A stretch of 32,000 nt of DNA, taken from positions 1,993,590 through 2,025,589 of the forward strand of contig NZ_JBHSTI010000008.1 in the NCBI RefSeq assembly GCF_042660085.1. Direction: 5' to 3'. Positions 25,340 to 32,000 of this stretch are shown here, piece after piece (within the stretch, counting starts at the first letter, position 1; each line of letters begins with the position of its first letter). The stretch is from Longivirga aurantiaca (GTDB taxonomy: Bacteria; Actinomycetota; Actinomycetes; S36-B12; CAIYMF01). Under the pieces are notes generated by a model. The model was given only the letters and a program-made list of their open reading frames with translations, did no database searches and was not told where the DNA came from. Position numbers and translations under genes: made by a program.

Positions 25340-26191
25340 ATGACCAGCACGTCCTCGCACGTCCCGGAGCCCCTGTACGGCGGTTCTCCGAGCGGACGTC
25401 GCATCTCCGTCCACGACCTCGCGAGCGCCAAGGCGCGCGGCGAGAAGTGGCCCATGATCACGGCGTACGACGCCCTCACCGCGCGCGTCTTCGACGAGGC
25501 GGGCATCCCCGTGCTCCTCGTCGGCGACTCCGCCGCGATGGTCGTCTACGGCTACGACTCGACCGTGCCGGTCACGGTCGAGGAGCTCATCCCCCTCGTG
25601 CGCGGCGTGGTCCGCGGCTCCGAGCGGGCGATGGTCGTCGCCGACCTCCCCTTCGGGTCGTACCAGGCCTCCCCCGCGCAGGCGCTCGAGACCGCGAGCC
25701 GCTTCATGAAGGAGACCGGCTGCCACGCGGTGAAGCTAGAGGGCGGCCACCGCGTGCTACCCCAGGTCGAGCTGCTCGTGGCCTCGGGCATCCCAGTGAT
25801 GGGCCACCTCGGCCTCACGCCGCAGTCCGTCCACGCGTTCGGCGGCTACAAGGTGCAGGGCCGCGGCGAGGACGGCGTCACCCTCCTGCAGGACGCCAAG
25901 GCGCTGCAGGCAGCCGGCGCGTTCGCCGTCGTGCTGGAGGTCGTGCCGGCTGACCTCGCCGCGCAGGTCTCGCAGGTGCTGCACATCCCCACCGTCGGGA
26001 TCGGCGCCGGCCCGGGCACCGACGCGCAGGTCATCGTGTGGCAGGACATGGCTGGCCTCACGCCGGGCCGCACCGCGAAGTTCGTGAAGAAGTACGCCGA
26101 CGTGCACGGCGTGCTGCTCGAGGCGGCGCAGGCCTGGGCGGGCGACGTCGTCTCCGGCGCCTACCCCGCCGAGGAGCACACGTACACCTGA
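25340..26191 (+). CDS. panB: 3-methyl-2-oxobutanoate hydroxymethyltransferase
   Basis: [53 protein letters not shown]...VKLEGG...[22 protein letters not shown]...[21 protein letters not shown]. Confidence 0.97.
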   Translation: MTSTSSHVPEPLYGGSPSGRRISVHDLASAKARGEKWPMITAYDALTARVFDEAGIPVLLVGDSAAMVVYGYDSTVPVTVEELIPLVRGVVRGSERAMVVADLPFGSYQASPAQALETASRFMKETGCHAVKLEGGHRVLPQVELLVASGIPVMGHLGLTPQSVHAFGGYKVQGRGEDGVTLLQDAKALQAAGAFAVVLEVVPADLAAQVSQVLHIPTVGIGAGPGTDAQVIVWQDMAGLTPGRTAKFVKKYADVHGVLLEAAQAWAGDVVSGAYPAEEHTYT

Positions 26192-26301
26192 TCGGTGGGC
26201 CGGGCGCAGTCGGCGAGCCTGACTGACACAAGCTCCGAAACGGTGCATCCTCCGTGACCGAGGGGGCGTCATCCGACGTCCGACGCGAGAGGAACCGTCC
26301 C

Positions 26302-26673
26302 ATGGGCCCGACGCAGGCCGTCAGCTCGGTCTTCAGCAAGTTCGCCACCTTCAGCGGCCGCGCACGCCGCTCGGAGTACTGGTGGTTCGTCGCGTTCTCG
26401 ATCGTCGTGCTGGCCATCGCGCTCGTCATCGACAACGTCGCAGGGCTCAAGCTCGAGGGCCAGCAGATCGGCTGGGTCTACACGGCCGTGGCGCTGCTCC
26501 TGGTCATCCCGAGCATCGCGGTGACCGTCCGCCGTCTGCACGACACCGGTCGCAGCGGCTGGTGGTGGTTCCTCTCGCTGGTCTGCGGCATCGGCGCCAT
26601 CATCCTGTTCGTGTTCTGCCTCATGGAGGGCACGCGCGGCGAGAACGAGTACGGCCCCGACCCCAAGGCCTGA
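26302..26673 (+). CDS. DUF805 family membrane protein
   Basis: FSKFATFSGRARRSEYWWFVAFSIVV...TVRRLHDTGRSGWWWFLSLV...FCLMEGTRGENEYGPDP. Confidence 0.93.
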   Translation: MGPTQAVSSVFSKFATFSGRARRSEYWWFVAFSIVVLAIALVIDNVAGLKLEGQQIGWVYTAVALLLVIPSIAVTVRRLHDTGRSGWWWFLSLVCGIGAIILFVFCLMEGTRGENEYGPDPKA

Positions 26674-26687
26674 CACCACCGCGCCAC

Positions 26688-26721
26688 CACGACGCCCCGG
26701 CCACGCGGCCGGGGCGTCGTG
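26688..26721. terminator. Strong GC-rich hairpin, candidate terminator of the DUF805 gene
   Basis: 15-bp perfect stem cacgacgccccggcc / ggccggggcgtcgtg with acgc loop, 14 nt after the stop codon. Confidence 0.75.
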
Positions 26722-26812
26722 CTGTCCGGGGCGGCCTGCGGTCCGGGACGCGAACCGGCCGCTCGGGTGGTCGTTGCACGACGACGGCGCGCACGTGCGG
26801 CACGATGCACCT

Positions 26813-27511
26813 GTGGACGTCTCGAGGGTGAACCTGCTGCGCGACGTGCTATCGAGCACCGGCTGGGTCGACCGCACGCGCGGGTTCGCGCGCAGCCTGC
26901 GCCGGTCCACCGATCACGGCGACGGCCTGCTGCTCGTCGGCACGCCCACGCACGAGCCGTGGCACCTGGCCGCGCACCTCGACGACGAGTCGCGGTACGC
27001 CGGGATCCCCACCCTGTCCCCGACGCTGGTCCGCTGGTCACCGCCCCCAGGCGCGCCGCAGCACCTCAGCGTCGGGCTCGACCGCATCGTGGCCGCCCGC
27101 CGCGGCGAGACGCTCTTCGTCGTCGCACCCGACGACCCCACCGAGCAGCTGCTCGAACGGCTCGCCGACGCCCGCCGCACCGGCGCCACCCTGCTCACCA
27201 TCGACGGTGGTGACGGCGACCTCGCGGGCCTCGCCCACGACCAGCTCATCGTGCCGTCGCGTGGCCTCACCGCGGCCGGCGAGCCGTCCGGTCTCGCCGT
27301 CGCGCTCGAGGGCTTCGGCCTCGGCGACGTCGACCTGTCCCTGCCCGAGGTCTCGTTCGACACCGTGCAGCACCTCGTCTCGGCCGCCGTGGGCGAGGAC
27401 GAGATCCTCCGGACCGCGCCCAGCGGAGGGTCGGGACGCCGGGGCCTGCGCGACCGGCTCGCCGGCGCGCTCGACGCGATCCAGGGATCGCCCGCGACCC
27501 GCGACTGGTGA
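26813..27511 (+). CDS. Conserved-looking hypothetical protein (start uncertain)
   Basis: VDVSRVNLLRDVLSSTGWVDRTRGFARSLRRSTDHGDGLLLVGTPTHEPWHLAAHLDDESRYAGIPTLSPTLVRW...; continuous frame with actinobacterial codon bias. Confidence 0.75.
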   Translation: MDVSRVNLLRDVLSSTGWVDRTRGFARSLRRSTDHGDGLLLVGTPTHEPWHLAAHLDDESRYAGIPTLSPTLVRWSPPPGAPQHLSVGLDRIVAARRGETLFVVAPDDPTEQLLERLADARRTGATLLTIDGGDGDLAGLAHDQLIVPSRGLTAAGEPSGLAVALEGFGLGDVDLSLPEVSFDTVQHLVSAAVGEDEILRTAPSGGSGRRGLRDRLAGALDAIQGSPATRDW

Positions 27512-27564
27512 GCGCGCGAAACACCCGCGCGCTCGACGTCGACCGTGCTCCAGACTGACCGCCC

Positions 27565-28875
27565 GTGAGCTCCGAGGACGCTGCCGCCGAGCCTGCCCCG
27601 CGGCGATGGCGCATCGACGTCTCGCCCCTGCGCACGTCGAGCGACTTCCGCGCGCTGTTCACCGCAGGGGTCGTGTCGTACCTCGGCTCGATGTTCACGT
27701 TCGTCGCGATCCCGCTGCAGGCGCAGCAGCTCACCGGCTCGTTCGTGGTCGTCGGTCTGCTCGGCCTGGCCGAGGTGATCCCGATCCTCGTGTTCGGGCT
27801 GTGGGGCGGTGCGCTCGCCGACCACGTCGACCGCCGCCGCATGATCCTCGTGACCGAGGTGTGCCTCGGCATCGGATCGCTCATCCTGCTGGCCAACGCG
27901 CTGCTGCCCGACCCGCACGTGTGGGTCCTGTTCGTCGTCGGCGCACTGTTCGCCGCGTGCGACTCGCTGCAACGGCCGTCGGTGGACGCGCTCGTCCCGC
28001 AGTCGGTCCCGCACCACCAGCTCGGCGGCGCAGCCGCGCTCATGTCGCTGCGGTGGAGCGTCGGCTTCATCCTCGGCACGTCGCTCGGCGGTCTCGTCGC
28101 GTCGTACCTCGGCGTCGCGGTCGCCTACGGCATCGACGCCGTCTCGTACGTGCTGTCGTTCCTCATCTTCCTGTCGCTGAAGAGCCGCGGCCGGATGAAG
28201 GACGAGGGCACGCCCGGCATCGGTGCCATCGCCGAAGGCGTTCGTTACGCGTGGGGGCGCAAGGACCTGCTGGGCACCTACGCCGTCGACACGCTCGCGA
28301 TGGTGCTCGCGTTCCCGTGGGCCGTGTTCCCGTTCGTGGCCGAGAAGTTCGATGCGCCCTGGGCGCTCGGGCTCCTCTACGCGGCATCGTCGGTCGGCGC
28401 AGCGGCGGCATCGCTCACGAGCGGATGGACCTCGCACATCCACCGCCACGGCAAGGCGATCGTGATCGCTGCATCGCTCTACGGGCTGGCGATCGCGGCG
28501 TTCGGCCTCGCGCCCACCCTCTGGCTCGCACTCGTCTTCCTCGCACTCGCCGGCGCTGCCGACATGGTGAGCGGCGTCTTCCGATCCCTGGTGTGGAACC
28601 AGTCGATCCCCGACGATCTGCGGGGACGTCTCGCCGGTATCGAGTTCCTCTCGTATGCGATCGGCCCACAGCTCGGAAGCGCACGCGTGAGTCTGATGGC
28701 GCAGTGGCGCGGTCTCGGCTTCTCGATCGCGTCAGGTGGAATCCTTTGCGCTGCAGGCGTTCTCGCGCTCGCCGCAGCGCTGCCGACCATGTGGCGCTAT
28801 GACGTTCGCACGTCCGTCGACGTTGCCGCGGTGCGCGCGGCGCGTGAGCTGCGCGCACCCGACGACGACGACTGA
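27565..28875 (+). CDS. MFS transporter (MFS_3/exporter type)
   Basis: [72 protein letters not shown]... GTG start. Confidence 0.93.
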   Translation: MSSEDAAAEPAPRRWRIDVSPLRTSSDFRALFTAGVVSYLGSMFTFVAIPLQAQQLTGSFVVVGLLGLAEVIPILVFGLWGGALADHVDRRRMILVTEVCLGIGSLILLANALLPDPHVWVLFVVGALFAACDSLQRPSVDALVPQSVPHHQLGGAAALMSLRWSVGFILGTSLGGLVASYLGVAVAYGIDAVSYVLSFLIFLSLKSRGRMKDEGTPGIGAIAEGVRYAWGRKDLLGTYAVDTLAMVLAFPWAVFPFVAEKFDAPWALGLLYAASSVGAAAASLTSGWTSHIHRHGKAIVIAASLYGLAIAAFGLAPTLWLALVFLALAGAADMVSGVFRSLVWNQSIPDDLRGRLAGIEFLSYAIGPQLGSARVSLMAQWRGLGFSIASGGILCAAGVLALAAALPTMWRYDVRTSVDVAAVRAARELRAPDDDD

Positions 28876-29044
28876 ACGGTGCGAAGCATTCTCAGACATC
28901 GCGTCGAACGCCGCACGTCGATACCATGCGCGCGACACGAAGTGTCGGTACGACGCGAAGATGCCAGGAGTTTCTGGCTCGCTCTGTCACAGTTCAATCG
29001 AAGGCTTTCGGCACCAAGGCCGAGAGACGACTCAGGGAGGCATC

Positions 29045-29437
29045 GTGGCGGCTGCTAAGACCACCGCGAAGAAGGCCGTGGCCAAGAAGGCTCCGGCGAA
29101 GAAGGCCGTGGCCAAGAGGGCCCCCGCCAAGAAGGCTGTCGCCAAGAAGGCTCCGGCGAAGAAGGCTGTTGCCAAGAAGGCTCCGGCCAAGCGCGCCGTC
29201 GCCAAGAAGGCTCCGGCCAAGAAGGCTGTTGCCAAGAAGGCTCCGGCGAAGAAGGCTGTTGCCAAGAAGGCTCCGGCGAAGAAGGCTGTTGCCAAGAAGG
29301 CTCCGGCCAAGCGCGCCGTCGCCAAGAAGGCCCCGGCCAAGAAGGCTCCGGCGAAGAAGGCTGTTGCCAAGAAGGCTCCGGCCAAGCGCGCCGTCGCCAA
29401 GAAGGCTCCGGCCAAGCGCGCGGCGAAGAAGGCCTGA
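29045..29437 (+). CDS. Histone-H1-like Lys/Ala/Pro repeat protein (about 24 AK[KR]A[VPA] pentapeptides, 130 aa)
   Basis: [27 protein letters not shown]...[13 protein letters not shown]; gggagg RBS before GTG. Confidence 0.85.
   Translation: MAAAKTTAKKAVAKKAPAKKAVAKRAPAKKAVAKKAPAKKAVAKKAPAKRAVAKKAPAKKAVAKKAPAKKAVAKKAPAKKAVAKKAPAKRAVAKKAPAKKAPAKKAVAKKAPAKRAVAKKAPAKRAAKKA
29066..29430. repeat. In-frame 15/30-bp tandem DNA repeat array inside the H1-like gene
   Basis: Recurrent gccaagaaggctccggccaagaaggctgtt-type units. Confidence 0.85.
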
Positions 29438-29450
29438 CCTTCAGACCGTC

Positions 29451-29488
29451 ACGAAGCCCCCGGCGCCTCGCGGTGCCGGGGGCTTCGT
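29451..29488. terminator. Strong hairpin terminator between convergent genes
   Basis: 17-bp stem (one G-T wobble) acgaagcccccggcgcc / ggtgccgggggcttcgt with tcgc loop. Confidence 0.8.
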
Positions 29489-29508
29489 CGTGCAACGGGC
29501 GCGCCGGA

Positions 29509-29676
29509 TCAGTCGTCGTCCTCCGCGTCGATGGCCTCGTTGCGCTTGCGCATGCGCTCGAGGACGCCGGCCGCCTCTGCCTCCGTGCCGTAGGGCCCGA
29601 GCCGCTCGGAGTTGGGGTCGCCCTCCCCCTGCTCCACCGTCTGCGTGCGCAGGTTGAACCACCAGTCGCCGGTCAT
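29509..29676 (-). CDS. Small acidic hypothetical protein (55 aa)
   Basis: [55 protein letters not shown]; looks like a short SPOR-like fold with a W-[WF] start and GPYGT(E)AEA motif; gaggagga RBS. Confidence 0.75.
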   Translation of the reverse strand: MTGDWWFNLRTQTVEQGEGDPNSERLGPYGTEAEAAGVLERMRKRNEAIDAEDDD

Positions 29677-29730
29677 CGGTCCTCCTCGTCGTCGCGTCGG
29701 ACGTCGTCTGCCGCATCCGCGCGGTCCACC

Positions 29731-29736
29731 TAGAAT
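29731..29736 (+). promoter_or_regulatory. Candidate -10 (TAGAAT) placed for leaderless transcription of map
   Basis: TAGAAT ends 7 nt before the ATG at 29744. Confidence 0.5.
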
Positions 29737-29743
29737 CTCCACC

Positions 29744-30607
29744 ATGCCACTCCAGCCCGGCGTCATCAGCCCGATGCGTCCCGTGCCGCAGCACATCCCG
29801 CGCCCCGAGTACGTCGGCCAGCCGCGGGCCAAGCGCTGGACGGGCTCCGAGGTCAAGGACTCCGACACCATCGAGCGGATGCGCATCGCAGGCCGGCTCG
29901 GCGCACAGGCGCTGCAGGAGGTCGGTCGCGCGATCCGTCCGGGCATCACCACGGACGAGCTCGACCGCATCGGCCACGAGTTCCTCTGCGACCACGATGC
30001 CTACCCGTCGACCCTCGGCTATCCGGGCGGCGGGCGCGGCCCGGCGTTCACCAAGAGCCTCTGCAGCTCGCTGAACGAGGTGATCTGCCACGGCATCCCC
30101 GACTCCACCGAGCTGCGCGACGGCGACATCTGCAACATCGACATCACGGCCTTCATCCACGGGGTGCACGGCGACACCAACGCGACGTTCCTCGTCGGCG
30201 AGGTCGACGAGGAGTCGCGGCTGCTCGTCGAGCGGACGTACGAGGCGACGATGCGCGGCATCAAGGCGGTCGCCCCCGGCCGTCAGCTCTCGGTGGTCGG
30301 ACGCGTCATCGAGTCGTACGCGCGCCGCTTCGGCTACGGCGTCGTCCGCGACTTCACCGGCCACGGCATCGGCGAGGCCTTCCACTCGGGGCTCGTCGTG
30401 CCGCACTTCGACGACCCCGGTGCCACCACGTTCCTCGAGCCCGGCATGACCTTCACCATCGAGCCGATGATCAACCTCGGCACCTACGCGTGGGACATGT
30501 GGGACGACGGCTGGACGGTCGTGACGGCCGACCGCCGGCGCTCGGCGCAGTTCGAGCACACGGTGCTGGTGACCGACGACGGCGTCGAGATCCTCACGCT
30601 CCCCTAG
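29744..30607 (+). CDS. map: Type I methionine aminopeptidase
   Basis: [30 protein letters not shown]...[41 protein letters not shown]...[20 protein letters not shown]...[13 protein letters not shown]: all metal ligands present. Confidence 0.97.
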   Translation: MPLQPGVISPMRPVPQHIPRPEYVGQPRAKRWTGSEVKDSDTIERMRIAGRLGAQALQEVGRAIRPGITTDELDRIGHEFLCDHDAYPSTLGYPGGGRGPAFTKSLCSSLNEVICHGIPDSTELRDGDICNIDITAFIHGVHGDTNATFLVGEVDEESRLLVERTYEATMRGIKAVAPGRQLSVVGRVIESYARRFGYGVVRDFTGHGIGEAFHSGLVVPHFDDPGATTFLEPGMTFTIEPMINLGTYAWDMWDDGWTVVTADRRRSAQFEHTVLVTDDGVEILTLP

Positions 30608-30659
30608 TCACCCGGGCGGGGTGCGCCACGAGGCCGACGGGGTCGATAGCCTTCCTGCC

Positions 30660-31433
30660 ATGACGAGCACCGCACCCGCGCAGGAGTGGCCGGCCGACGT
30701 CCGCACGCTGGCCATCGACGTCGGCGGCTCCGGGTTCAAGGCGGCGATCCTCGACCCGGCCGGCGCGATGCTCACCGAACGGGTGCGCGTCGAGACGCCG
30801 TACCCCTGCCCGCCGGAGCGGCTGATGTCGAGCGTCGTCGACCTCACGCAGGACCTCGGTCACCGCGACCGGGTGTCGGTCGGCTTCCCCGGCCTGGTGC
30901 GCAACGGCAAGGTGCGCAACATCCCGTCGCTGTCGCGCACGGCGTACGACGGCGACACCGACCCGGCGCTCGAGGACGCGTGGCGCGGGTTCGACCTCGC
31001 CGGCGCCCTGACCGAGGCCTTCGGCGTGCCGACCAAGGTCGCGAACGACGCGGATGTGCAGGGCTGCGCAGTCGTCAGCGGCGAGGGCTTCGAGTTCGTC
31101 ATGACCCTCGGCACCGGAGTCGGCACGGCTCTGTTCCTCGACGGCCGCCTGCTCCCCCACATCGAGGGCGGGCACGCGCCGTTCCGCAAGGGGGACACGT
31201 TCGAGGAGCAGCTCGGCAACGTGGCCCGCAAGCAGATCGGAAACGAGCGCTGGGCCCGGCGCGTGGTCGAGGCGATCACGGCGTACGACCGCTTCCTGTT
31301 CTTCGACACCATCCACGTCGGCGGCGGCAACGCCAAGCACCTCGACCCGGCCGACCTGCCGCACAAGGCCCGCATCGTGGCGAACACCGCAGGGATCATC
31401 GGCGGCGTGCGGCTCTGGGATCTCGACGCCTGA
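30660..31433 (+). CDS. ROK-family sugar kinase, polyphosphate-glucokinase-like
   Basis: RTLAIDVGGSGFKAAILDPAG...VGFPGLV...VANDADVQGCAV...MTLGTGVGTALFLDGRLLPHIEGGH. Confidence 0.85.
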   Translation: MTSTAPAQEWPADVRTLAIDVGGSGFKAAILDPAGAMLTERVRVETPYPCPPERLMSSVVDLTQDLGHRDRVSVGFPGLVRNGKVRNIPSLSRTAYDGDTDPALEDAWRGFDLAGALTEAFGVPTKVANDADVQGCAVVSGEGFEFVMTLGTGVGTALFLDGRLLPHIEGGHAPFRKGDTFEEQLGNVARKQIGNERWARRVVEAITAYDRFLFFDTIHVGGGNAKHLDPADLPHKARIVANTAGIIGGVRLWDLDA

Positions 31434-31464
31434 TCCGGAGTGACCCAGGCAACATGATCCGGCT

Positions 31465-31477
31465 TTCAATCATTGAA
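31465..31477. promoter_or_regulatory. Candidate MarR autoregulatory operator
   Basis: Perfect palindrome TTCAAT-C-ATTGAA, 21 nt upstream of the MarR ATG and overlapping the putative -35/spacer of TAGCCT (31487-31492). Confidence 0.5.
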
Positions 31478-31498
31478 CGTCAGCCGTAGCCTGGGTGC

Positions 31499-31978
31499 AT
31501 GACCACCCGTTGGCTCGACTCCGGGCAGCAGAAGCACTGGCGCGCGTACATCGCGGCCACGACGCTGCTGTCCGATCGGCTCTCGCGCGAGCTGCAGACC
31601 TCGCACGGGATGTCGATGGCTGACTACGAGATCCTCGTCCGCCTCTCCGAGGCCCCCGAGCGCCGCCTGCGCATGAGCGAGCTCGCCGACCACACGCTCG
31701 CGAGCCGCAGCCGGCTGTCCCACCAGGTCGACCGGCTCGAGAAGGCCGGCTGGGTGCGGCGCGAGGCCTGCGAGACCGACCGCCGCGGCGCCAACGCCGT
31801 CCTCACCGATGTCGGGTGGGACGTGCTCGTCGCCGCCGCCCCGACGCACGTCGAGGGCGTCCGCGAGCACCTCGTCGACCTGCTGACCGAGGAGCAGTTC
31901 GCCGCACTCGGAACCGCGCTCGCGATCGTCGCCGAGCACCTGCAGTCGTCCGACTGCGAGGCGCAGCGCACCGCGTAG
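31499..31978 (+). CDS. MarR-family transcriptional regulator
   Basis: MADYEILVRLSEAPERRLRMSELADHTLASRSRLSHQVDRLEKAGWVRREACETDRRGANAVLTDVG winged-helix. Confidence 0.95.
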   Translation: MTTRWLDSGQQKHWRAYIAATTLLSDRLSRELQTSHGMSMADYEILVRLSEAPERRLRMSELADHTLASRSRLSHQVDRLEKAGWVRREACETDRRGANAVLTDVGWDVLVAAAPTHVEGVREHLVDLLTEEQFAALGTALAIVAEHLQSSDCEAQRTA

Positions 31979-32000
31979 GCGCGCCCCCGCACCGACCGAC

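Noticed and set aside
26914-28449. 511-aa minus-strand ORF opposite the hypothetical and MFS genes
   Set aside because: Composition of an antisense GC artefact; plus-strand MFS topology is clear.
29032-29415. 127-aa minus-strand ORF of repeated [11 protein letters not shown] hydrophobic units
   Set aside because: Direct consequence of the 15-bp periodic repeat in the H1-like gene, which keeps several frames open; no RBS or conserved domain.
29066-29430. CRISPR-like array impression from regular repeats
   Set aside because: Contiguous 15/30-bp units without unique spacers, in a coding frame; it is a protein-coding tandem repeat.

Overview
High-GC actinobacterial chromosomal window. Nearly every base is covered by ordinary coding sequence. 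Left third: the end of a PP2C/SpoIIE-like phosphatase; a divergent NHEJ pair (stand-alone LigD-type polymerase and Ku); a hemerythrin-domain protein; a RecQ-family helicase with a C-terminal phosphoribosyltransferase-like segment, translationally coupled to an N-formylglutamate-amidohydrolase-like gene; a partner-switching cassette (HATPase anti-sigma kinase + STAS antagonist) converging on an anti-sigma/SigF-SigB-family sigma pair; and a DUF222/HNH protein. Middle: alpha/beta hydrolase, TupA-like ATP-grasp protein, GNAT, AlkZ/HTH_42-like winged-helix protein, MFS exporter, and a nitrogen block (glnE, class I glutamine amidotransferase, GlnA2-type glutamine synthetase, nadE). Right third: TetR + DHA2 MFS pump, panB, DUF805 protein, a hypothetical protein, MFS, a histone-H1-like Lys/Ala/Pro pentapeptide-repeat protein, a small acidic protein, map, a ROK/polyphosphate-glucokinase-like kinase and MarR. 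I found no CRISPR array, tRNA/rRNA, transposase, prophage or clear multi-gene unknown system. The best second-look items are the RecQ-PRTase fusion operon beside Ku/LigD, the near-perfect intergenic palindrome at 8192-8245, the stand-alone H1-like repeat protein (with a matching tail on Ku), and recurrent TAGNNT-N6/7-start leaderless signatures. All calls are from reading the sequence; no database searches were run.
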